A DNA stretch of 64,000 nt, from contig NIVC01000093.1 in NCBI GenBank assembly GCA_002269645.1, positions 930,001 to 994,000 of the forward strand. The letters are read 5' to 3'. The notes beneath the pieces were generated by a model, which saw nothing but the letters and a program-made list of their open reading frames with translations, made no database searches and had not been told where the DNA came from. The position numbers and the translations under genes are program-made. Position 1 is the stretch's first letter. Every line of letters starts with the position of its first letter. The stretch comes from Macrostomum lignano. Lineage: Eukaryota. This document shows, in pieces, positions 34,833 to 45,490 of the stretch.

Positions 34833-34896
34833 CTTTGGCTTCGTAGAATTCCTGAGCAGTCACAAGGATTATCAGAGTCAGTGCTGAGCACAGCAT
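34833..34896 (-). CDS. Poly-WSC secreted protein, exon 1 (signal peptide)
   Basis: MLCSALTLIILVTAQEFYEAK G|GTAAGA has a hydrophobic core and a likely cleavage site near TA-Q; phase 1. Confidence 0.8.
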
Positions 34897-35787
34897 GATG
34901 CAGAATTTATGTTGCTATACCGAACTTCTTTATTAAGCTTTGAATGGGTCCTTGGTTTGTCAAAAGTTGAGCTGAGAGGCGCAGTCGAGCCTCGCGTCTT
35001 TTTATGCAGCAGAAGTGTTTAGCCATAGACGCTGCAGTTCGTCCCTGCATGTACAGTGCATGCTTGCTTTATAGTCTCTGACCCTTCCTATGAGTCTGAG
35101 TGCAAGCAGTGATAAAATAAAAGTACAAGTGACTGATGGTTCGACAATTAGCGCGAAATGTTAAACTCTGCAGCTGTTGAGCTTTTACTTGAGCCTAATT
35201 CTCACAGGTTATTCGTCCACACCCTGCGTGAATATAGGCGGGTTACAGAACCTGTATAAGCTGCTGCTGCATGTGACGCTCAACTCTATTAGAGTTAGCA
35301 GCTAGACTCTATCAATCTATCCAAGAGCTGCACCAAACTGCCGGTGTTCTACTGAAAGTAGACAGTCAAACTCAGAAATAATAAAACTAAACACTTTTTC
35401 TATGTCTAAGATGATTGGTTGTTCAAAATATGTCTTACAAGGTCTTTAAAATGGCCTGGGTGTCGGTTTTGAGCTGTTTGTCTGACAAGAAAAACTGGAT
35501 CTGTTGACAAAAATCACCTTGAAAATGTCAGGTAAGTCGGCGTAGGTTGTCTGCGGTTTGTTTGATCAATTAGAGCAGGGAGTGTAATGAGTCTAAATGC
35601 CCAAAATTAAAAGCTGTTTCACTAGAATGCATCTAGAAAGCATGTTGTGTAGAGAATGTCAGACTATTGAAAATGTCTGGCTCGATAAAGACATCGTACA
35701 CCAAGTAAATGCGTTTGAAAAGAACTACGCTTAGTTGGAATAGTTAAGCCGAATTATAAACTTAGCGACATGTATTTAATATCTCAG

Positions 35788-36140
35788 ATCTGGAAACGAA
35801 TTTCTGGTCAAAAGCGCTGAGCCGCACGCTGAGTCGGGTGGCCATCAGCGCCCTCTTGCTGGCACCAATCGGACTGGCGCTGCTCTTTGGCACCTGTCTG
35901 CGCCGCTGCCTGCGTATTCGCCGACGCAGACGGCTGTGGCGTAACTTGGCCGCCCTGATGACGGCGGTACGCCAGGCTGCTGACGAAACGGATGCGGCGC
36001 GTAGACATTTCCAGCATCAACGCCGACGGTCAGAAGCGACCGCCAGCTCAGCGGGGGCCGGCGGTGCACCAGACGAAACCAGCTGCTGGAATGTACGGCA
36101 TCCATCAATCCTGCCAATGGTCGCCAGGAAAGTTCGCTGA
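35788..36140 (+). CDS. Probable terminal exon of a small single-pass membrane protein (unknown)
   Basis: atatctcag| opens DLETNFWSKALSRTLSRVAISALLLAPIGLALLFGTCLRRCLRIRRRRRLWRNL...: a hydrophobic helix followed by a basic stop-transfer cluster, with GC-rich codon usage. Upstream exon not found. Confidence 0.55.
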
Positions 36141-36749
36141 CAGCCAACTGCCCAGCAGTGCAAGTGGGTTCGCGTCTGGTTCCTCAATTTTTCACAGCGA
36201 AGTCTCGGTGATTTTTAAATGACAAATGAAACATGCTGAGGCTGAGACTCTGGCGCACTTTAAGCGACATGGGCACACAACCGGCGAGAGGCATTGCTGC
36301 CCATTCCGCCGACTCCTCTGAGCAGGCAAACAAGCGTGCAGATACGTACACAGTCATACCTACAGGCACACACTCACAGGAGTGTACGGCGGCCCGGGTT
36401 TCATTTATCGTTAGTCATGTACACTGCACTGTGTGCGCCAGGATTCCAGCCAGGGCCGCTGGTCTACATGAGTTGAAGGCATAGCCTTAGCAATGAGCAG
36501 TCCCATCTGACAGTAAAGTCACTATTTTCTGTAAATCCTTGCAGAAGATTGAGCAAAATCATCAGCAAAATAATTTGGTCGCAGGTGCAAAATTCTCAAC
36601 GCCTGCAAGCTTGAAAGCTTTGCGAAATCAAAGACACAAGGAGACAGGCAAGAAGCGATTGCATGCTCCCCAGATGCTTTGCTCGTCCCAATAATAGCTG
36701 AGAAATATTTTTCCAACAAATTTACTGAACGATTAAAACAGCTGAAACA

Positions 36750-38125
36750 TCTCCACCTGTAGCAACCCACTTCTCCATGGCTTGAGCATCCCGTCATCTC
36801 CGCCTGTAGCAACCCACTTCTCCCATGGCTTGAGCATCCCGTCATCTCCGCCTGTAGCAACCCACTTCTCCCATGGCTTGAGCATCCCGTCATCTCCGCC
36901 TGTAGCAACCCACTTCTCCCATGGCTTGAGCATCCCGTCATCTCCACCTGTAGCAACCCACTTCTCCCATGGCTTGAGCATCCCGTCATCTCCACCTGTA
37001 GCAACCCACTTCTCCCATGTCTTGAGCATCCCGTCATCTCCACCTGTAGCAACCCACTTCTCCTATGGCTTGAGCATCCCGTCATCTCCGCCTGTAGCAA
37101 TCCACTTCTCCCATGGCTTGAGCATCCCGTCATTTCCATCCGTAGAAACCCACTTCTCCCATGGCTTGAGCATCCCGTCATCTCCACCTGTAGCAACCCA
37201 CTTCTCCCATGGCTTGAGCATCCCGTCATCTCCGCCTGTAGCAACCCACTTCTCCCATGGCTTGAGCATCCCGTCATCTCCGCCTGTAGCAACCCACTTC
37301 TCCCATGGCTTGAGCATCCCGTCATCTCCGCCTGTAGCAACCCACTTCTCCCATGGCTTGAGCATCCCGTCATCTCCGCCTGTAGCAACCCACTTCTCCC
37401 ATGGCTTGAGCATCCCGTCATCTCCGCCTGTAGCAACCCACTTCTCCCATGGCTTGAGCATCCCGTCATCTCCGCCTGTAGCAACCCACTTCTCCCATGG
37501 CTTGAGCATCCCGTCATCTCCGCCTGTAGCAACCCACTTCTCCCATGGCTTGAGCATGCCGTCATCTCCACCTGTAGCAACCCACTTCTCCCATGGCTTG
37601 AGCATCCCGTCATCTCCGCCTGTAGCAACCCACTTCTCCCATGGCTTGAGCATCCCGTCATCTCCGCCTGTAGCAACCCACTTCTCCTATGGCTTGAGCA
37701 TCCCGTCATCTCCGCCTGTAGCAATCCACTTCTCCCATGGCTTGAGCATCCCGTCATTTCCATCCGTAGAAACCCACTTCTCACATGGCTTGAGCATCCC
37801 GTCATCTCCACCTGTAGCAACCCACTTCTCACATGGCTTGAGCACCCCGTCATCTCCACCTGTAGCAACCCACTTCTCCCATGGCTTGAGCATCCCGTCA
37901 TCTCCACCTGTAGCAACCCACTTCTCCCATGTCTTGAGCATCCCGTCATCTCCACCTGTAGCAACCAACCCACTTCTCACATGGCTTGAGCACCCCGTCA
38001 TCTCCACCTGTAGCAACCCACTTCTCCCATGGCTTAAGCATCCCGTCATCTCCACCTGTAGCAACCCACTTCTCCTATGGCTTGAGCATCCCGTCATCTC
38101 CACCTTTAGCAACCCACTTCTCCCA
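36750..38125. repeat. 48-bp minisatellite, ~28 copies
   Basis: Unit CCATGGCTTGAGCATCCCGTCATCTCCGCCTGTAGCAACCCACTTCTC; a variant unit (..CATTTCCATCCGTAGAAACC..) recurs at ~37130 and ~37755. Confidence 0.97.
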
Positions 38126-38267
38126 AGTCAAGGTGAGATATTCAAAGCTGACGCAAAGCAAACACGATCATAAATCTTATAAACACTGCGTGTATAACCC
38201 TGTAATTTGCAGGAAACGAGGCTGTGAAGTCAACATCTACTGAGCCAAATTCGGACCCTGTGTGATA

Positions 38268-38774
38268 CGAGGGGTGTTCCGTAAGTATTTTCCCTTTTAA
38301 GTATTTAACCTTTTGAGTAGCTCAGTCTGCAGAGGTCTGATTCTGGAACTTTTTTGTGTGCTTCTTTTGACACCAGCATCATTAGAGAATATCTACTCTG
38401 CGCAAAATTCCATACTTTTACAGTGACAGCGTCTGAAATGACAAACTCTGCAGTGCCATTGTGACCGGAAATCGCAAGTTGCTGATATGCTGCAAACCTT
38501 TTGGGCAGTCGAGTTTCTTTAAAAGTACGTTAAGATTATGAGAGAAGCTTCTTCTTCTTGCACTTTTAACGCCAACACAAAATTCAGTTTTTTGCAGACT
38601 TTGATTTTTGTAAACCGAGGGTAGATGTCTATGGCATAAACTCTGTTAGCGCAGAGCTGGCTTCACACTTTGATGTCACTTTGGTGTCAAAAGCATAGAT
38701 AAAAGTCCAATGCAATCTGACCTCTACAGTCTGAGCTATACTCAAAACGGAAAAGAATTATGGAACACCACTCG
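38268..38774. mobile_element. mariner-type MITE
   Basis: TA|CGAGGGGTGTTCCGTAAGT ... AATTATGGAACACCACTCG|TA; TACGAGGG.. ends are typical of mariner TIRs. Confidence 0.8.
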
Positions 38775-39319
38775 TATATATTTTTCAACTTTCCAGTTAT
38801 AACACTTTCAACTCATTCAGCTTAGACTAAACTTAAATAAAAAAATGTTAAAAATGCTGTGAAAAAATCCTGGTATTTAAGAACGCTTTTTGTTATTTGC
38901 AATATGTTTTTGTTTTTTTCAACTAAAAATACAACTTGTATGCATTCCAACTCAAATTTCTGCATTGATTTTATCGTGTAATTTTCTACGAAGCAAATTT
39001 CAAAAAAAATAGAATCTAAGAACAACAACAATGAATTGAATAAAATTCGTCAACCAACTGAAATACAAAACTACAAATATAACGTTCGAACAAAAGGCAC
39101 TTGTGTCAATTTAGTTTGGACTTATAAACACAAAACTGCTTTCAGCCCGTGAAATTATTTGCTAGCAATTTCGTTAGCAAACAGTAACAAGCTCTATATT
39201 TTTAGGAAGGTTGACAGCATTAGAAGATGTAGTGAAGCAATACAGTAGATTGTGTTTTGTTCAAAGTTCATTCAAAAATATTTTTCTGGGACTACAGTGG
39301 GTTTCTGATGAGGTCGTTT

Positions 39320-39660
39320 GGATCAGCTGACTGCAGAGGTTACTCACAGCAGAGGAGTGGAGACGGTGTTTGGATTGGATCAGCTGACTGCAGAGGTCAC
39401 TCACAGCAGAGGAGTGGAGACGGTGTTTGGATTGGATCAGCTGACTGCAGAGGTCACTCACAGCAGAGGACTGGAGACGGTGTTTGGATTGGATCAGCTG
39501 ACTGCAGAGGTCACTCACAGCAGAGGACTGGAGACGGTGTTTGGATTGGATCAGCTGACTGCAGAGGTCACTCACAGCAGAGGACTGGAGACGGTGTTTG
39601 GATTGGATCAGCTGACTGCAGAGGTCACTCACAGCAGAGAGGAGTGGAGACGGTGTTTGG
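39320..39660. repeat. 57-bp minisatellite, 6 copies, directly downstream of the UBXN10 stop
   Basis: Unit GGATCAGCTGACTGCAGAGGTCACTCACAGCAGAGGAGTGGAGACGGTGTTTGGATT. Confidence 0.95.
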
Positions 39661-39662
39661 AT

Positions 39663-40313
39663 TTAGTCAAACGCGGTCCGCTGCAGAACCAACAATGAGC
39701 GATCGGTAATGCCCAATTGTTGCAAAGTCTTTGTCATGTCAGCTTCACCAAATGTGACCCTGTCCGCTGGTGACACAACCTCCAGCGGTTCGCTACTCAA
39801 GCTCAGCTTTGCAGAGTCAGCTCTCTCGCCGCTGCGCACGTCCCGACAGAGGACGCCCAGCTGCGTGTCGGACGAATAGCTGCACTGACGACGCGCACCG
39901 TCTGGAGTTCGAATCGCCAGGTAAAGCAACTGCTCTTGCTTGCTAGCTAATTGTTTCTGTGCTTGTTTTTTATGCGATGTTGGGTGCTGCTCTCTATGAA
40001 TGTTTTGTTCTTTCTGTTGCGCAATATCCGGCAGTACATTGTACTTTTGAGCCGACAAAGGTCGTTCAGGCCGCGACTGGTCCAAGCTGGACCGTCGCCT
40101 CATCGGCTGAGCCAGCGGCAGAGGCGAGGTCGGGGCGGCTCTGGGCGACGGGTGGGACGGTTGAGGAACCCGCGATCTGGACGGCTTCTTTGTCGCCGCA
40201 ATGGGAATAATGCCGAAGCGATCGAACCTATTGGGAAGAGACTGCATCGCCAAGGCTGAGGTCCGACTGGCCCGTCCGCTTCGCAGCTGCAAATCGCGGG
40301 AAGCGGCCGACAT
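39663..40313 (-). CDS. UBXN10: UBX domain-containing protein 10 (ciliary p97/VCP adaptor), single coding exon
   Basis: KYNVLPDI, LLYLAIRTPDGAR and DMTKTLQQLGITDRSLLVL parallel the UBXN10 motifs KYPVLPSI, LLLAVRSPTGQR and DLTKSLQECRIPHKSVL; C-terminal UBX domain. Confidence 0.8.
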   Translation of the reverse strand: MSAASRDLQLRSGRASRTSALAMQSLPNRFDRFGIIPIAATKKPSRSRVPQPSHPSPRAAPTSPLPLAQPMRRRSSLDQSRPERPLSAQKYNVLPDIAQQKEQNIHREQHPTSHKKQAQKQLASKQEQLLYLAIRTPDGARRQCSYSSDTQLGVLCRDVRSGERADSAKLSLSSEPLEVVSPADRVTFGEADMTKTLQQLGITDRSLLVLQRTAFD

Positions 40314-40442
40314 TGCATCAAAAACTTTGTGACAATTTCTTCTGGGTCGCTTTTAAAAGCTCGAAACTTTACAAGCTGAAATATTATGTTGTTGAAATCG
40401 CTTTCTAATTGTTGAGTCAGCAGAACTGACTCAGTTCAGGAG

Positions 40443-41112
40443 TCATTCTCTCAGGTGGTTCAGGCGTGATTCTATTAGGCGGTTCAGGTGTGCTTTCTCA
40501 GTTTGTTCAGGATTCATTCTCTCGGGTGGTTTAGGGAGGATTCTCTCAGGTGGTTTAGGGGTGATTCTCTCAGGTGGTTCAGGGGTGACTCTCTCAGGTG
40601 GTTCAGGATTCATTCTCTCAGGTGGTTCAGGGGTGATTCTCTCAGGTGGTTTAGGGGTGATTCTCTCAGGTGGTTCAGGGGTGACTCTCTCAGGTGGTTC
40701 AGGATTCATTCTCTCAGGTGGTTCAGGGGTGATTCTCTCAGGTGGTTCAGGGGTGATTCTCTCAGGTGGTTTAGGGGGGTTCTCTCAGGCGGTTCAATGG
40801 TGCTTCTCTCATGTGGTTCAGGGGTGATTCTCTCAGGTGGTTTAGGAGTCATTCTCTCAGGTGGTTTAGGAGTCATTCTCTCAGGTGGTTCAGGGTCATT
40901 CTCTCAGGTGGTTCAGGGGTCATTCTCTCAGGTGGTTCAGGGGTCATTCTCTCAGGTGGTTCAGGGGTGATTCTCTCAGGTGGTTTAGGAGTCATTCTCT
41001 CAGGTGGTTTAGGAGTCATTCTCTCAGGTGGTTCAGGGTCATTCTCTCAGGTGGTTCAGGGGTCATTCTCTCAGGTGGTTCAGGGGTCATTCTCTCAGGT
41101 GGTTCAGGGGTG
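40443..41112. repeat. 24-bp minisatellite (TTCTCTCAGGTGGTTCAGGGGTGA)n
   Basis: Directly visible, between UBXN10 and SSNA1; explains the PEPPERIT and ILSGGSGV ORFs. Confidence 0.95.
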
Positions 41113-41602
41113 ATTCATGGATAATCTACTGCTGAAGGCTCTGCACTATTCCTAAGACACGGAGAGCTATACGGAGCTAAGCTGGGCTGTGAGTAAAAAT
41201 TACAAATCAACAAGTAATTATAAATTACAGCCAGGAAACTACACAGGGTAACACATACTTTAGTTGAATAAAAAAAATTCATTTAACGTAATTTATGGTT
41301 TATTTTAATTATTAAATTTTCGAAGCTAATTCATCACTGAGCGGATTTATCTACTAAAAGTAGAAAACTGGCACACAAGCAGAGTGATTATAAGCAAGAC
41401 ATTTCAAAGTTAAATTTCATTTTATGTCCAATAATAAAGACAGCCCCGTCAGATAAAAACTTACGCATAAAAATGAAGCGAATCGTTTATAGTAAAATAA
41501 AATTATTATTTTCAAATCAGGCTACTAACAGTAGTTAGCAACAAGCAGTCAGGTTGGAATTCCTATCGCTGTCAGGAAAAATTGTTAAATTTTTTTGCGA
41601 AG

Positions 41603-41919
41603 TCAGTCCCGATTGGCTCGGCTGTTGCCGCCAGCAGCACCGCCAGCAGCCGCGGCGGGCCCGAGTGCCTGGCCCTCCCGTTTCACCAGGGTGAGCAGAG
41701 TCTGCGAGCTCTCCAGAATCTTACTGTAGGCAGCCTCAGTCTCAGCTATGGTCCGATCGTATTGAGCCCTGTGGGCGAGTTTCTTGCTCAGGCTTTCGTT
41801 CACTTTGGCCAACTCGTCGCTCAACAATTTGAGATCGCGCTGAAGTTTTGTCTTCTCGGCCTCCTCCTTGTCGATCTCTTTTTGTAGCAGGTCCCGTCTG
41901 GAGCACAGTTCCTCAATGC
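41603..41919 (-). CDS. SSNA1: SSNA1/NA14/DIP13 exon 2
   Basis: (C)[81 protein letters not shown] matches SSNA1. Acceptor catctcag|, phase 1. Confidence 0.95.
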
Positions 41920-42802
41920 CTGAGATGGGTTCAATAAATTATTGTTAAACCACTTGACAACAGTCCAAGAACTTTCTAGGTATAATAACAAAATAAATGC
42001 CTCAATATGAACAAGTATTCGCAAGTATATCATCTATGATTACTATAAAATATATTGGGACATAATTACTTTCGACTAAAGCTCTTAGCTTCTTGTGTTG
42101 TTTAAAATGGCATCTAAACTGAAAAAATTTACCATAGTAAACATTTTTTGAGATTTGACTAAATCTAATTAACCTTTGTAGTTATTTTATAGAAAAGAAA
42201 TTCTATTGGTATACACTATGTATATCAAAGATTAGAAGCTTGATTAAAATGTAAAACTAATAGAATAAATAAATAGGATATGAACATGTCTATATTTCTT
42301 TTAAATTTTTAATTTGCAATAATTAAATTACTTTACTTACAGGGACTTTATGTTGATTGAAATATTTTTAAATGAAAATATATATAAAAATTGTTTTCTA
42401 AATAGCTTTTGACTTTTTGGAATGGTTAAATGAAATAGTATTTGTGTACAAATATTTCAACATTTCTGACAAACATCATTAATTTTGAAATGTGAACTTT
42501 AAAAATAAGATTTGCTTTTTAATCATTTTTTGATAATTTTATTTTTTAATTACAAACAAGAATTAACTATAAATAAGGAGCAAAACTTATATATGAGCAA
42601 CTGTGTTTGTGTTGGACCTTATCTACCTGCATGAAGTTGACTAATTTTTGCAAATCTAGCTCATTCTAGTTCAATGAGTTTGTTAATTAGAAAAGGAACA
42701 ATGAAGATATAGATATTAAAGACAATGCTGAAAAATATAAATAAGAAACAGGATCTAGATAGTCAAAGATGAAATATATACTAAAGGTATATTACAATAT
42801 AC

Positions 42803-43030
42803 TATGAGGGGCAACCCAAAAGTCCATTCAGTAACCTTATAGTAGTTCTAGAATCACACTGCTGTTGAACAACACTTGAATAACTGTGCTGAAAAGCTCA
42901 TTCATGCAGTAACAGCAATGGCTTACATTTAGATTTTTTTAACTTAGGAAAAGATAAAAGTTGCAGGGACTTATAATAGTATCAGAAGAATATAGGACCT
43001 CTATTAAATGTGACAGAGCAAGCAGTAGTC
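42803..43030 (-). pseudogene. Old mariner remnant
   Basis: Starts TATGAGGGGCAACCCAAAAGT; the minus strand reads approximately YSSD..SPCNFYLFPKLK (the PYSPDLAPCDFYLFPKLK motif) with an indel. Confidence 0.45.
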
Positions 43031-43568
43031 ATAAAGTATGTTTTATTTAAGTTTTAGCTGAAAATGTATAGTTTATTTTTATTAAATTGACAGCCGGTTT
43101 ACAATCCAAAGGGGCAGTAGTTCTATAATGGTCAACTGCAATATATAATGAAGGGCCTTCAGTCTAGCATATAATAGATTGAGTTTGATTGGTTACAAGA
43201 CCATGCTAGAGCCCATGCAGGAAAATGCAGCCAAAAATAGACAAAATTAATACACTTCAAAATAATTCATTTTGAGATACAATTAAAACAAACTTAAGTA
43301 TTGATTACATTAGATTTATATATATCAAGTTAATTAATCAATATTACATTTAAAAAATCACAAATGTTATGCTCAAATAATTCAAAGTATTTGAATGAAT
43401 TTGACACCGTCACACTAGGTATAGCAATATTTCTCAGCTATAGTTCTCCAATAGCCCTATCAAATTTATAGCTATATGAGAATTTATATTGTCATGAAGC
43501 AGCATATGTGTTTTGTGTGCTTATCCCTTAAGTGAGCCTACAATTTGTAAACTGCTTGCTTAGTGAAG

Positions 43569-43688
43569 CAGTGGTGCAGCTAGGTGATGGCTCTGTATTT
43601 TGGTAAAGATGTGCTTGATCAACCCTGTGATTTTTTCAGGCTTTTGGCTAAGGGGGGCAACTACTTCCCACCACTAGTTGCACCACTG
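43569..43688. mobile_element. 120-bp hAT-like MITE
   Basis: CAGTGGTGCAGCTAG ... CTAGTTGCACCACTG; flanks TAGTGAAG and CAGTGAAA match 6/8, consistent with an 8-bp TSD. Confidence 0.7.
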
Positions 43689-43944
43689 CAGTGAAAGCAT
43701 GTTACTAAAATGACTTTGTGCATATATCAAATGTCTAATACAGAATAATAGAAACAGCCAGGGATAAAAAAGGTAACAAAAATTATGGAATAGATTCTTA
43801 CTGCTTATTAAATATTAGACTTTTATGTAAACCATACATGCATGATGCATATATTACTTTTTTGCTAATGACTATATCTCAACTAACAAAATACGATCAA
43901 ACACACAGTATGGCCTTATTAAAGTTCAGTCTAGTATCACTTAC

Positions 43945-43996
43945 ATTTAACAAGCTCGTTGTTATACCCCTGAAGCGCAGCGCCTTGTTGTGTCAT
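43945..43996 (-). CDS. SSNA1: SSNA1 exon 1
   Basis: MTQQGAALQGYNNELVK + T|GTAAGT; 52 nt, phase 1; nearly identical to human MTQQGAALQNYNNELVKC. Not in the ORF track. Confidence 0.95.
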
Positions 43997-45490
43997 TTTC
44001 CGCTGAATATTAGTAAAAATTCAGATTTTTTAGGTTAGGTTACAGATAAGTCAAAGGCTTTAAAGTCAAATTATTGAAGTAAAATAGTAAACAATGATAT
44101 TAAATACTCAAATAAGCAAAAACTAGAGTAAATACTCAACAGTCTAGCTAAGTGAATGACTATTTCGTACGGTTATAGTTTTAAGTTTCAACTACTAACT
44201 TTCTGAAGGGAATCTCATCCAAATCGAAATATTCAAAGACAAATATATTTGCCGACGCTATTTTTTTACTAATAAAAGTGCCCAATCCTTAATTTTTTTA
44301 ACGATAAAAACATTATGTACAAGAAAAACTTTAGTCAGTTGTTTTCTTGGCTAAAATATCTGTCGTTATAGCATACATTGTTTTACTTGTTGCTCCTATG
44401 TAAAGAGTAAAGCGCACTGTTTAACTTTATGATTTTCGTACCATTATTTTTTGGTCGATTCATAAATGGCTTCAAAGAGGATTCAGTTGCAGCAAACTCA
44501 TTAGTCAATAAATCAAAGCTACAAAAATTTTATGAGCCTTAGGTTTCTAACCGTGTGGTGCATCAAACATACAGAATCATAAATTTGGCATATTTTAATT
44601 TATCAGCCTTTGAAAACTCGCTTTTTTGCTGGCTGAGTCTGCTAAAAAGTCTAAATTTGTGTGGATTTACTTTTTACTCTATCTGGATGCGTAAATTGAG
44701 AATCAGAGCAATACATGAAGCCAGTGGCGGCGCACGCGGGGCAGAGGGGGCTGCTCCCCCCGGGTGACCACCCTCCCATCCGCCATCCCTCGTGGAGTGA
44801 CCCCCATAAATGTTTAGTACTAGCTCGTTATGTTTTTGTGAGATTTTCGCGTAATGTGCTGTATGCTCTAATTCTAAAAATTCGCTGGGGGAGGGAGTGA
44901 CCACCCCACCACCGCCCCCCTCCCCTAATCGGAGGTGCTGCGCCGTCACTGCTTATAAAGACATTTATTTTATTAGTTAATTCAAAATATGTTGTTAACT
45001 TTCTGTCTCAGTCATAGGGTAAGGATGCTTAGTGAAGTTCTTAGGCCAGCAAGTATTGAATATAATGTGTGCTACGATGGAGTACTTATATCGTATCTGA
45101 CAGCAAGTCCACAGCTTAAAGCAGCATTTATTAATGCAATGTAAAAAATATATTAAAAATATATTGATATGACAAAAGATAAGGTCTGTATCTTGATGGT
45201 CGACTCATATTTGGCATTAGTCTTTTAATAATTTATAATAATAATTAATTCAAAAATCACCGTGAAAAAAATTTAGTTATAGCTGTACTGTTGTAATACT
45301 CCTGTAATCTTGTGTTGCTTAATGAGCTAAAATTATAGGGTATTTAAACTAATTAATTTTTTCTTCTTTTTGTCAATTCGTCAATTTTATTTTCGTTTAT
45401 TCAGTTCGAAAAGGTGTGAACCGCTATAAACATTGCATGAATAGAAGCATTGCAAAGTTGTAAGCAGCTTAACTTTAAAGTTGTTACAGA
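43997..45490. promoter_or_regulatory. Divergent intergenic region, putative bidirectional promoter of SSNA1 and the DNHD1-like gene
   Basis: Head-to-head ATGs ~1.5 kb apart. Confidence 0.5.
44722..44951. mobile_element. GC-rich hAT-like MITE in the SSNA1/DNHD1 spacer
   Basis: CAGTGGCGGCGCAC ... GCTGCGCCGTCACTG termini; GGGGGC/CCCCC interior. TSD unclear. Confidence 0.6.

Noticed and set aside
36547-36700. Possible plus-strand exon (KIEQNHQQNN...CSSQ*) and an LRR-like phrase on the minus strand
   Set aside because: Good acceptor, but no partner exon or recognisable homology; the readings conflict across frames.
36522-38173. 463-483 aa repeat ORFs as genes
   Set aside because: Artefact of a 48-bp unit divisible by 3; open on both strands with no coding context.
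40443-41112. TTCTCTCAG|GT units as recursive splice sites
   Set aside because: The motif is on the plus strand while both flanking genes are minus-strand; there is no evidence of a plus-strand transcript.
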